From an uncultured virus (IMG/VR IMGVR_UViG_3300030372_004205) (taxonomy: Duplodnaviria > Heunggongvirae > Uroviricota > Caudoviricetes > Crassvirales): a stretch of DNA of 64,000 nucleotides. Of this stretch, positions 1 through 9,615 are shown one piece after another. The notes beneath the pieces are model-generated. The model did no database searches, was not told where the DNA came from, and worked only from the letters and a program-made list of their open reading frames with translations. Position numbers and translations under genes: made by a program. Each line of letters starts with the position of its first letter. Position 1 is the first letter of the stretch. The stretch spans positions 1-64,000 of the IMG/VR virus record IMGVR_UViG_3300030372_004205, one strand, 5' to 3'.

Positions 1-268
1 TAGTACATTCTTAACAGCTTCTACGTTTGTTATGGCATCATCTACGAAATACATATCATTGTATCCCTCTGCAAACTTTTCTAACATCCATTTAGCCTTA
101 GCCTCACCTCTACCGTCTGCTAATCCAGTTATGTTTTTAAATGGTATATTTATACCTTTAGATTTTAACCATTCGTGAATAGCTATATCAGAACTTTGAG
201 GTCTAGCTGTTAACACAAAAACGTTTTTTGGTCCATACTTCTTTATTTGATTTTTCATCTTCTGAAGT
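1..268. repeat. Diverged direct repeat, copy 1 (matches 63733..64000), HAD domain coding segment
   Basis: Ungapped alignment by eye; 10 amino-acid differences over 86 codons. Confidence 0.9.
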
Positions 269-3200
269 AACGGTCCGTCAATACCACCTCTTACGTTTAC
301 AAAGTCGTCAAAGTTAAACTCATAACCTTTAGCCGCTAACTCTGGACCTTTTATGGGCCATTGCCCAGACTTTATGTTAATTGTTTTTTTAGTTTTAGGA
401 TCTGTTGCTACAACAAAATTCTCACCATCAATTATTAATGTTTCATCAAAGTCAAACGTAGACATTCCTTTAGCCTTATTATCCTTGCTAAAACTATAAA
501 CAGTTTCTTGAGCCCTTCTAATAGTATTAGATTTGTTCATTGGAACATTTATATTATTAACAAAATATAATTCCATTAATCTAATTTCAATATCACCTAA
601 AACATCTTGATAACTTCTACCATCTACAGAAACCATACTGTCTATATCTTGTTTTTTTAGAAACTTAATTCTATTAAAATCAGCAGTACTAGTTTTGCCA
701 CCAGGTCCATCATCAATAATATCTGTCATGAATTTCGATGTTAATAATTGTGAGTGCTTCACAAATATCAAATCTAATTCATTATCTATATTAATATCTT
801 TTTTAAATATTAACTCAGCAATTTCAGTCATTGTGTTGCTGTTTGGTTTTAAATGTTCTCCCTTTAAACCCAACCTCTCTATAGTACTATAGTTTTTATC
901 TTTATAGTATTTATTTGCTTCTTTAAACTGTGGATGTGATTCGTTGAACACTTGTGACCCCTCTCTAACGTCTATTAAGTCAAGTCTAGATAAACCTCTA
1001 AACCCACTAACAATACTAGTTTGAGCTTGAAGTATATTTAAAGCCGTTATAGCACTTATTTTTTTAGACCTAACCAATTCAATAATTGTTTTTGATACAT
1101 GCTTTGCTAGTTCTATATTTGCTATATTAGCCTTTTGTATTTCTGGTTTTAAAGCTTTTAGCTTTTCTAGTTTTTCTTTTTTAGATTCTAATGCTAGGAT
1201 TTTTTCTATCTTTTTAAACAAAGGAAAACTCTTATTCATCAATCTAACATCGGAAAGAATTAATGAGGCAGGTAGTTTTGAATCTAATTTATCAACAATT
1301 CTTTTTAGATTGTTTAATTTATTGTAATAATCACCAACTATAAAGTTTCCTTTTGAATCCTTTTGATATATAGTTTTTCCGGCCTTTATACTAGCTTCTT
1401 TATCTATTTTTTTACCAGCCGGATCCATTACTCTATTTTTGTAGCCAAGTATTTCATACTTAATAATAGACATCACCTCTGGACCTAGCTCTTTTGCTAT
1501 AACACTAGAGTCACGATGTAGTTGATCTAGCATTTTCTTATTATACCTTAAGTTACCAACAGCTTTATACTCAGCCTTTAACCACTCTGGAACTATATTG
1601 GACTTATATATACTTTGCTTAAAACCCTTTACTTGTTCATCTACTATTATATTGTTATCATATAACTTTTGAACAGTTTGTATAGCAGCTTTAGACATCA
1701 CAGGAAAGCCAGGTAATAACTCCCCTCCTTTTAAAACATTTTCAATACCTAGTTCAGATACTAAGTTTTCTAAAAGATCAATCTCTTCAATAGTAGTGTC
1801 TTTAGATTGCTGAATAGTTGGGTCTCTATCTATTGTTAAACCAAGTTCAGCTATATAGTTTTCTTTTATATTTCTATTTTGTATTTCTTCTATAGCTTGA
1901 ATCTTTTCTAGTTGCTGCTCTGCTACTTGTATAGCTTTGTTAAATGCTATCTCTCCAGTTAGTAGTTCAGCCAACCTATCTTTTCTAGCACCAAGCATTC
2001 CAGAGTCTATAGAACCAGGCGGTTGATAACCTAATATTTTTTCAGCACCCACACCTCTAAACGCTGCTAATAATTCTTTTGAAGTTGGGTTTAATCTTGT
2101 TTTCAGCGATGGTCCTGTTTCAGGTTTTATTCTTTTATCTATTAAGCCTTCTTGTTGTAACTCTCTAACCCTTTTAACGCTAGTTATTCTTTTACTTGAA
2201 GCTAGTATTTTTCTACCATTTGGAAATTTTTTACCACCAACCATCCTTTCTATTTGGATTAGATCGTCTACTTTTATAAAACCTAATAACGATGACAAAT
2301 CATTTTGTACAAAGTTATCATAGCTCTTTTCTCTTCCAAATATTTTTTGTATTTTAGGTCTAAGTTTGTCTGCTACAATCTTACGAAGCTCAGTTCTTAA
2401 TTTTTTACTATTTACTTCTGGCAGCTTAGTTCCAAACGCAGTAACTAAAGCTTCTTCAAACTCCTTATCTGCTTTTTCATCTAAACCTAATTTCTTTTCT
2501 AAAGTCTCTTTTGATATCTTATTTAATTTCTTATTAGCAGCCTCCGCTTCTTCTTTAGCTATTAAGATTTCTTCTGGAGACATGTCTCCTTCAGTCTCTG
2601 TTCTTTCAAATATTGTTCTACCACTATCATCTGTTATATCACCTCTAACCTCTTGTTGTTTCTTTTTACCTTGTTCAAACAACTGTTTAGCGGTATCTCT
2701 CTTTCCAAACCCAACATTAGCCATTATAAACTCACCCAGTGTTATTGGATCCCCTGTTTTAGATTTTCTTACAGCTTCTGGATTATAGTTCGCCAATCTA
2801 CTAGCAACAGCATTAATTGTTCCCCTTGTTTTCTCGGGACTCATGCCTAAGCTTTTTATGTAATTGTTTATAGCACCTCCTTCGTTAACAACAGAATCGA
2901 ATATCGGATTAAATACTTTTTCATTTTGGAATTCAGATCTAGTCTTAGCACCTTTCTGCATGTTGTTTATTTCATCAATAAGCGGTGCTCTTTTTTGAGC
3001 CTCATCTCTAGACTCGTAAAACATTGAATAAGATCTTTTTACTTTTTTCTTTTTCTTTGTTTTTGTTTTATCTAGCAATTTACCTTCTGCACCTTCTTTA
3101 GCTACCTGAATAATAGCTTTGTTTATCTTACCGGTTTTTAAACTAACATTAAAGTCTTTTATAAAATTATAAACATCTCTACCTGTATCAAATTTATATT

Positions 3201-5904
3201 TCCCTAAACCTAATTTGCCTTTAAAAAATCTTCTGAGTATATCACCTATTTTTGTAAACAAGCCCTCATTAAACTTCAAACTACCATCACCAATAGATTC
3301 AGACAATATAGTTATAACCTCTTCACCAAAATTAGAATCTTTTTTAAACCCAGTTATATTACCGTCTTTGTCTTTAATCCAAGTGCCATAACCAGCTAGT
3401 CTTTGTCCAACCTTAGTTAGATCTCCACCTAACCCAGCAACGTGTTCTTCTAGTGCGGTACCAAGGGATGATTGCAGGTCCGTGTTGCCTTGTAGTGTTT
3501 GAAATAATACAGCATGCATAAATTCGTGAGCAGCTGTACCAACCATTGGTTTGTCTTTATTTAATATAATCTCAAATGTTCCATCTGGATTTTGTTTTAT
3601 AAAACCAAAAGATCGTGAAGCACTTTTAGAATCAAGACCCTTTTCTTTCATCCTAGATATAGCTTCAGCTGATTTTTCTGTAACCTTACCCTTTAATCCC
3701 ATTTCAACAATCTGAGTTTCAACAGCTTCTTTTGCTAACCTAGCTGCTGTCTCCATAGCCTCCTTCTGTATACTTAACATCTCGTTGTTAAGTTTTTTAT
3801 TTTGATTGTTTAGGCTTCTAACAGCATAACCATATTCACTTCTTGATAGAAGACCTTCGTCTAATTGTTTTTTAAATGAGTTTAGTTTTGTCTGTATATT
3901 ATCCTTTTGACTAAGAATATCTAATAAAGCATCCTTTTGGTTATCGTCTAAAAACTCTGATACCTTTCTTTTATTTTTTATATATTCAGTTAAACTCTTT
4001 TCTAACTCCTGTATCTCTTTGCTTATAACCTCTTTAACGTTTTTGTCTTTAGATCTAGCTCTCTCCACATACTTGTCAGATATGTTCTTCATCATGTCGT
4101 CCATCTCCTTTATACTAGCGTTATCACTTCTTAAAGCTCTATTTAAAGCTCTACCACCGGTTGACATAACGCCACCACCAATAAATCCGTTTAAATACAT
4201 TTCTAAACCCTCTTGCCCCGTCATAGCATTAAACGCTACTTTAGTAGCTTCTTCTTTAGATAAACCGCTACCAAGAGATGAATTAAGTTTTTCAAAAAAT
4301 AATTGACCAACCTCAGTCAAACCCTCTTTATTAGCTTGAATAGCTATAGAACTAAATCTTTGTGTATTTTTAGAAAACCCACTAAAAGCCTTCATTATAC
4401 CTTTGTAACCAACATACTCTAGTGCTGATGCTGGTATAGCCAAAGCTAATGGTGTTGCTATTTCTGTTTTGTCTTCTTGTATTAACTTTTGTAAAGCCTT
4501 CTCGTAATTAAACGTACCGTTCTCGTTATACATTTCCTTGTCATCACCGTATAGAGATTTAGCTTTATTTTTATTATAATCAACATACATTGGTGTTGCT
4601 ATTTGAATAGGTAAACTTATTCCACGAGTTAGATAAGCTGGAATCATTGTTTCACCCATAGACATAACGGCTCCAAATCCCCCAGCAATAACATCAGCTG
4701 CATCACCACCACCTGTTATACCTGTACCAGCATAAGCTTGTGCTTTTTTCAACTCCTCAGCTTTTTCAAAAGCTTTCATCATTATTTCCTCACCTTTCTT
4801 TCTCGCTTCAACTTCTCCTGTGCCTAATAGTCCATCAATATCAGTTGTTAAAATATCAGCTGACGTTTGAATAAAGTTTTGCAATGGAATTGAAAAAGCA
4901 TTACTCCAAAAGTTACTAGCTCTATTATTAATAAGCTCTATAGTTTTAGCTCTCATCTTCTCGTCTTTCAAACCAGGTAAAGCTGTAAATATATTCTGTG
5001 TTGAATACGCTACGTTGTCAAGCATTCTACCATAAGAATCACTAGCAAATCTTATACCATTAGATCTATCATATTCATACTTAACCTCCTTTTCAAACTG
5101 CTGTGTTCTAGGGTCAAAATATAATCTTCTTCCACCTTCGTCTAATTTGTATTCTAATGGTTTTCTATCTATATAATCTATTTTATTGATCTCATCTAGA
5201 TCAACTTCGTTTTGTAAAAAATAACCCTCTTCGTTGTCAAAGTGTTTTTGGAGACTTTCGTTATAATCTTTTATAGCGCTGTTATAATCAGTGACTAGAT
5301 TCTTATAATCACCTAAGCTGATGTTATAATCATCAACCATTGTTTGAGTTATAGCATTATAAGTATTAGCTTCATTTTGAGATGAAGGCGTAAAGTCAGA
5401 TTCACCCCTGAGATCTAGTTTGGATTTTTTACCATCCAATATGTTCTCATAGTTCTTAGATTCTATATCTTTTAGTAAATCTTCTATTAAATTTTTCTTT
5501 TGTTGTAAGGAACCTTTTTCTACACTTGGTTCATCTATCTGTGAAGCTAAAGATCCACCTTTTGATTCTGTTTTTATAACCTCTCCAGTTTGTGTATCTA
5601 TTTTCAGCTTCTGATCTGGGACTTCTAAGAATTGTCCATCTTGTTCCTCTGTTTGAGTTGATGCTGTAGTATTCTGCTCCACAGTCGCATCCGCTGTAGA
5701 GCTTGGTTGGTTTCCCGGTATTTCTTCTATACCAGATATTTTTTTTAAAAATTTAGTCTCTAAATCTAGTGGAACATTATACTGCTTACCATTGTAAACA
5801 TGTCGAACCACTACATCTTTTCCTTTTACTTTTTCTAAAAATTTATTTACTAAGTTTGACGGAACGTTATACGTCTTCCCATCAACTACATATTGTTTAT
5901 CCAT
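1..5904 (-). CDS. Giant virion/ejection polyvalent protein, N-terminal part (>=1968 aa, runs off the left edge; not in the ORF track)
   Basis: ATG at 5904 (MDKQYVVDGKTYNVP...). Every segment I translated is in the same frame down to position 1. Contains HEFMH zincin motif (3514-3528), a sigma-like segment (~2440-2920) and HAD motifs DFDETL, FVLTAR and FVDD (1-460). Follows the other ejection genes. Confidence 0.85.
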   Translation of the reverse strand, partial: MDKQYVVDGKTYNVPSNLVNKFLEKVKGKDVVVRHVYNGKQYNVPLDLETKFLKKISGIEEIPGNQPSSTADATVEQNTTASTQTEEQDGQFLEVPDQKLKIDTQTGEVIKTESKGGSLASQIDEPSVEKGSLQQKKNLIEDLLKDIESKNYENILDGKKSKLDLRGESDFTPSSQNEANTYNAITQTMVDDYNISLGDYKNLVTDYNSAIKDYNESLQKHFDNEEGYFLQNEVDLDEINKIDYIDRKPLEYKLDEGGRRLYFDPRTQQFEKEVKYEYDRSNGIRFASDSYGRMLDNVAYSTQNIFTALPGLKDEKMRAKTIELINNRASNFWSNAFSIPLQNFIQTSADILTTDIDGLLGTGEVEARKKGEEIMMKAFEKAEELKKAQAYAGTGITGGGDAADVIAGGFGAVMSMGETMIPAYLTRGISLPIQIATPMYVDYNKNKAKSLYGDDKEMYNENGTFNYEKALQKLIQEDKTEIATPLALAIPASALEYVGYKGIMKAFSGFSKNTQRFSSIAIQANKEGLTEVGQLFFEKLNSSLGSGLSKEEATKVAFNAMTGQEGLEMYLNGFIGGGVMSTGGRALNRALRSDNASIKEMDDMMKNISDKYVERARSKDKNVKEVISKEIQELEKSLTEYIKNKRKVSEFLDDNQKDALLDILSQKDNIQTKLNSFKKQLDEGLLSRSEYGYAVRSLNNQNKKLNNEMLSIQKEAMETAARLAKEAVETQIVEMGLKGKVTEKSAEAISRMKEKGLDSKSASRSFGFIKQNPDGTFEIILNKDKPMVGTAAHEFMHAVLFQTLQGNTDLQSSLGTALEEHVAGLGGDLTKVGQRLAGYGTWIKDKDGNITGFKKDSNFGEEVITILSESIGDGSLKFNEGLFTKIGDILRRFFKGKLGLGKYKFDTGRDVYNFIKDFNVSLKTGKINKAIIQVAKEGAEGKLLDKTKTKKKKKVKRSYSMFYESRDEAQKRAPLIDEINNMQKGAKTRSEFQNEKVFNPIFDSVVNEGGAINNYIKSLGMSPEKTRGTINAVASRLANYNPEAVRKSKTGDPITLGEFIMANVGFGKRDTAKQLFEQGKKKQQEVRGDITDDSGRTIFERTETEGDMSPEEILIAKEEAEAANKKLNKISKETLEKKLGLDEKADKEFEEALVTAFGTKLPEVNSKKLRTELRKIVADKLRPKIQKIFGREKSYDNFVQNDLSSLLGFIKVDDLIQIERMVGGKKFPNGRKILASSKRITSVKRVRELQQEGLIDKRIKPETGPSLKTRLNPTSKELLAAFRGVGAEKILGYQPPGSIDSGMLGARKDRLAELLTGEIAFNKAIQVAEQQLEKIQAIEEIQNRNIKENYIAELGLTIDRDPTIQQSKDTTIEEIDLLENLVSELGIENVLKGGELLPGFPVMSKAAIQTVQKLYDNNIIVDEQVKGFKQSIYKSNIVPEWLKAEYKAVGNLRYNKKMLDQLHRDSSVIAKELGPEVMSIIKYEILGYKNRVMDPAGKKIDKEASIKAGKTIYQKDSKGNFIVGDYYNKLNNLKRIVDKLDSKLPASLILSDVRLMNKSFPLFKKIEKILALESKKEKLEKLKALKPEIQKANIANIELAKHVSKTIIELVRSKKISAITALNILQAQTSIVSGFRGLSRLDLIDVREGSQVFNESHPQFKEANKYYKDKNYSTIERLGLKGEHLKPNSNTMTEIAELIFKKDINIDNELDLIFVKHSQLLTSKFMTDIIDDGPGGKTSTADFNRIKFLKKQDIDSMVSVDGRSYQDVLGDIEIRLMELYFVNNINVPMNKSNTIRRAQETVYSFSKDNKAKGMSTFDFDETLIIDGENFVVATDPKTKKTINIKSGQWPIKGPELAAKGYEFNFDDFVNVRGGIDGPLLQKMKNQIKKYGPKNVFVLTARPQSSDIAIHEWLKSKGINIPFKNITGLADGRGEAKAKWMLEKFAEGYNDMYFVDDAITNVEAVKNVL

Positions 5905-5948
5905 TACTGTTTCGTTAGTTACCCGTTAAAATTATGGTTGTTTTACAT

Positions 5949-7550
5949 CTACTGTATAGTGTCGATGTTGTCTGTAGTTACATTTACTACATCTACTTTT
6001 TTCGTAGGTCTATTCTTCAATCTTTTGGGATCCATTTGATCGTAAAGAAACCTATCGCCAGCCGTCTTTTTAAACGACTTACCTATGTTTTCAGTGTAGT
6101 AATATGTTATCTCATCTTTAAAGAACTCTACGTAGTCCTTATTATTCATCATAGCCTCTATTATGACTATAGCTTCTTCTTGATCTATACCAGGATCGTT
6201 TTCTCCTTTAGGATTTAAATCTAAGCCAGGCATATAATGAGGGTTGTCTACAGTCTCGCCATTATTATTGACCACTGTTTTTTGTGTTGTCTTGTATTGA
6301 TTTACGTAATCAGCTGCCAAACTTTTAGTGTACTCATCGTTTGCTTTTAAAACAGTTGATCTATGTTCATCTAGTTTTGCTAACTCTTCATCAGATACTA
6401 ATCTTCCACCATCACTATCAGGAGCTAAAAATTCATCAAACCCATGCTCTCTCGCAAACTCAGTTGCTTTTATATTGTCAGTTTCGTCAGCTGTTATCAA
6501 ACCGTCGTTGTTTAAATCTACACCTAAAGACCTATATGTTTTACCCGTCATATTATCTAACAAGTCCGTATAAAGACTAGATTGCCTACCAGGTATGATT
6601 TTATCTTTAGCTAAAGACATAATTCCATCTTCATCAGCAATATCCACAATATGTGCCCTAACATCATCTTCTATTCTTGATCGAATACTTTCGTATGTTA
6701 CGGTTGTATCAGCCGTAAGAGATGAAGATACACCATTCCACTTATCTGTCAGCTGTCTAAGCTTCAACACAGCGTCGTTGTTTTTATATTTTATTAGATT
6801 CTGAATATTTTCAACTGGAATAAATTTCTTAGTATCCTCTGCCTCTACAATTTGCTGATGCGCCATCACCTCTTCTTTAAGTTTATTTAGTAAATCAACA
6901 TTATAATTAGGATCATCATCGCTTAGAGCCTCCATGTTTTCTATTATTGTCGTTTTTTCAGTTAAATCTTTAGCAGCTTTTGTGTAAGCTTCATATTTCT
7001 GTTGGTCATGTAAGTATACACCCATTTTATTTGCTTGCGTACAATCATCTGTACCATCAGGGCATGTATATGTAACTAATCTAGCATCACCATCTCTATT
7101 TGTTAAACTCATTATTTCAACACCTATGGGTGATTCTTTCCACTGATCACTTAATATCATATCAATATTACCATCTCCATCAGAATCAAATCCACCAGAC
7201 TTGAGTGCATCTAAAAAATCTAAGGTTTCTACATAGTTCTGTGTAGATAAAGCCATCTCATCTTGTCTTGCTAGCTCCTCTTGTTGTTTCTTTTTTGAGA
7301 AATGACTTAAGAACTTGTCTTTACCACCATTAAGAATGTCAATTAAGTTTGCCTTTTCCTTAGCTCCAAGATCTTTCCCATCTTCAATAACCTTATTTTT
7401 CGCATCATCAATTTCCGCTTGCTTTTTCTTTGAAAGATCAGTTATCTCTTTAGTTAAACCGGTCCACATTTTTGATTGCATTAACGCACCTGAAGATCTT
7501 GCTTTAGCAGCTTTATAAGCCCCTTCTATTAAACTGTGTTCAATACCCAT
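5949..7550 (-). CDS. Putative internal virion/ejection protein
   Basis: 533 aa, acidic and helical, between the pilot-like gene and the giant protein; DxDxDG-like loops (DSDGDGNID, DLNNDGLIT). Confidence 0.6.
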   Translation of the reverse strand: MGIEHSLIEGAYKAAKARSSGALMQSKMWTGLTKEITDLSKKKQAEIDDAKNKVIEDGKDLGAKEKANLIDILNGGKDKFLSHFSKKKQQEELARQDEMALSTQNYVETLDFLDALKSGGFDSDGDGNIDMILSDQWKESPIGVEIMSLTNRDGDARLVTYTCPDGTDDCTQANKMGVYLHDQQKYEAYTKAAKDLTEKTTIIENMEALSDDDPNYNVDLLNKLKEEVMAHQQIVEAEDTKKFIPVENIQNLIKYKNNDAVLKLRQLTDKWNGVSSSLTADTTVTYESIRSRIEDDVRAHIVDIADEDGIMSLAKDKIIPGRQSSLYTDLLDNMTGKTYRSLGVDLNNDGLITADETDNIKATEFAREHGFDEFLAPDSDGGRLVSDEELAKLDEHRSTVLKANDEYTKSLAADYVNQYKTTQKTVVNNNGETVDNPHYMPGLDLNPKGENDPGIDQEEAIVIIEAMMNNKDYVEFFKDEITYYYTENIGKSFKKTAGDRFLYDQMDPKRLKNRPTKKVDVVNVTTDNIDTIQ

Positions 7551-8368
7551 TATTTAATACATTTAAATTCTACATCTATTTTAGAGTAATCTACCATGTC
7601 GTATCCACTATTATTAGTTACAATAGCTTCACTTGGTACTTCGTCAGACATAACACCTTGATAAACGTTACCTTCTAACAAACGAGCTTCCTCGTGATCG
7701 TATTCAAAGTTGTATATTTTTAATCCACTAGGTGAATCCCCAACGTGCTCAATGTTTTTCTTAAGTCTTCTATCTGAAAAAGCACTAACAACACCTGATA
7801 TACCTTGTTGAACAGCATCCATTTTAGCTTGTTTCGCCTGAGCTTGTTGTTCTCTATTTGCGGCTAGTTCTGATTGAGCCATTCCTAGTAATGTTCCTGT
7901 TTTATCTCTTTGTTGTTGTCTTGATATAAGCTCACCTTGTCTTTCCATACCCTGTAATCTTCCAGCTTCCTGAGCCGCAGCCATTTGGTTAGCTGATTCT
8001 TGAGCGCCAATGCTAGCTGATGATTGTTGAGCCGCTAATTGACCTTGCTGTGCAAGCGCTTGTGCCACGCCAGCAACACCACTACCTCCAGCAGCACCCC
8101 TCATATTATCTAAAATATTTGCTTGACTCTGCTGAAACTGTTGGGCCTGCATATCTGCAGCCTGCGTGTTAACAGTCAGGTCTTCCATTGTGTTTTCCAT
8201 GTTTAAATAAGGATTGCTAGTATCTATAGCGGAGAAAGCCTCTTTCTGAAGCTTTGCCTCGTTTCTTGCTTTACGAACTCTTTTATTAGCTTTTTTTTCT
8301 GCTTTACGAGCTGTAAAATAACCTAACGCTCCACCCGCTAAACCAGCTACTGCACTTATTGGATCCAT
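7550..8368 (-). CDS. Ejection/pilot-like protein with C-terminal peptidase S74 (intramolecular chaperone) domain
   Basis: Gly/Ala-rich hydrophobic N-terminus, Gln/Ala coiled coil, then SDRRLKKNI...IYNFEY...YQGVMSDEV. Confidence 0.7.
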   Translation of the reverse strand: MDPISAVAGLAGGALGYFTARKAEKKANKRVRKARNEAKLQKEAFSAIDTSNPYLNMENTMEDLTVNTQAADMQAQQFQQSQANILDNMRGAAGGSGVAGVAQALAQQGQLAAQQSSASIGAQESANQMAAAQEAGRLQGMERQGELISRQQQRDKTGTLLGMAQSELAANREQQAQAKQAKMDAVQQGISGVVSAFSDRRLKKNIEHVGDSPSGLKIYNFEYDHEEARLLEGNVYQGVMSDEVPSEAIVTNNSGYDMVDYSKIDVEFKCIK

Positions 8369-8386
8369 ATTACTTAATTTTAATTG

Positions 8387-9163
8387 TTATGCTTTACGCA
8401 TCGATTGTGGTATATACTCATCTAACTTCGCAGAAAGATCTACTTTTGGTTTTACATTAACCTTCTTTGTTGTTTTAGTTTTGTTTTTTCCTCTTTGAGA
8501 CTGAGGTACGTATTCTTTTTTACCAGCATCTGCAGTAGTTAAATTTCTTTGATCAACCTCTTGAACAAAATTTCCACCCTCTTTAGCGGTATCAACTATA
8601 GTTTCATCTTTATCCCTAGGAGTAACAATCGTCTCTCCTTTTTCATTTGATGTAACAGTAGCGTGTTGGATAGGTTTTCTATTGCTACTAGTAGTTTGAG
8701 CCTGTGGTCTATTTAATCTATCCATCTCATCGAAGTCAACTGTAACATTACCTACTAATTCCTTTTTAGGTTTCATTTTTTCAGTAGCTATACCAGTTGT
8801 TCTTTCTAGAAACTCATTATAAGCTTTATTTTTTAATCCGCCACTTTGTGTTGTACTTGAGCTTGTGTACCATCTGTCTGTGTCCGGACTATGTGATTCG
8901 TGTCGACCGGTTATACCGTGTCCTTGAGTGTCATATGATAATGTTTTTCTTTGTCCCTCCTTTATACCACTAGTATCTTTCAAGAATCTCTCTTGATGAG
9001 CGATATCATCTGGATTAGTAAATCTCATCCTCTCTATGAAGCTTCTAGTAGACTCGTCTACGTTGTAGCTTTTCCACTTTTCGTATGGAGATTTTTTATT
9101 AGAATGATTGTGAGGTTTAAAACCACCTAGTTTAAATCCTCTGTTTTTATTAAAGTACGGCAT
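8387..9163 (-). CDS. Hypothetical low-complexity late protein (GFKL...SPY tag)
   Basis: 258 aa ORF directly downstream of a late-type promoter motif. Confidence 0.7.
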   Translation of the reverse strand: MPYFNKNRGFKLGGFKPHNHSNKKSPYEKWKSYNVDESTRSFIERMRFTNPDDIAHQERFLKDTSGIKEGQRKTLSYDTQGHGITGRHESHSPDTDRWYTSSSTTQSGGLKNKAYNEFLERTTGIATEKMKPKKELVGNVTVDFDEMDRLNRPQAQTTSSNRKPIQHATVTSNEKGETIVTPRDKDETIVDTAKEGGNFVQEVDQRNLTTADAGKKEYVPQSQRGKNKTKTTKKVNVKPKVDLSAKLDEYIPQSMRKA

Positions 9164-9186
9164 ATTTATTTTGTTTTTACTATTAT

Positions 9187-9214
9187 ATAGTTACATTTTT
9201 TACTAATTATTTAC
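9187..9214 (-). promoter_or_regulatory. Putative middle/late promoter GTAAAT-N13-TGTAACTAT
   Basis: Motif recurs at 6 gene-boundary positions. Confidence 0.55.
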
Positions 9215-9614
9215 TACTTTGCACAACATCACAAGATGTTGCAAACAATTCTATTTTTCTATTTGATGAGTTACTAAAAGTAACCTCACTATAATAACCC
9301 GTTACAGAACTAACGTTGACAGCTCTACTTTTATTAAAATATATAAATTTCCCAGGTGGTGGATCACTCCCGTCCTGCTCATCTAGTATATATGTAATCT
9401 TAATAAAGTCATTTAAAGGGGTGTCCTGTCTAGTGAATTCAAATTCTTTAACCTTACCAATTATATTTGGCACACCTGTAGCGACTTGCTGGCCATCCGC
9501 AGCTTGGGATAAATTTTGCCAATACATAGTATCACCGACTTGCAAAGACGTGTTCACACCACCCTCTGTCGATGAAAATATTTGTTCTATTATTAATACT
9601 CCTTCTTGTGCCAT
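9207..9614 (-). CDS. Putative tail protein
   Basis: 135 aa, beta-rich, end of tail cluster. Confidence 0.55.
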   Translation of the reverse strand: MAQEGVLIIEQIFSSTEGGVNTSLQVGDTMYWQNLSQAADGQQVATGVPNIIGKVKEFEFTRQDTPLNDFIKITYILDEQDGSDPPPGKFIYFNKSRAVNVSSVTGYYSEVTFSNSSNRKIELFATSCDVVQSSK

Positions 9615-9615
9615 A

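Noticed and set aside
439..460. DFDET as a virion RNA polymerase DxDxD motif
   Set aside because: It is DxDxT with downstream TAR and DD motifs, which is a HAD signature.
695..7518. Plus-strand ORFs in the track here, and similar antisense ORFs elsewhere
   Set aside because: They are shadows of long opposite-strand genes, with Ser/Leu/Phe-rich antisense composition.
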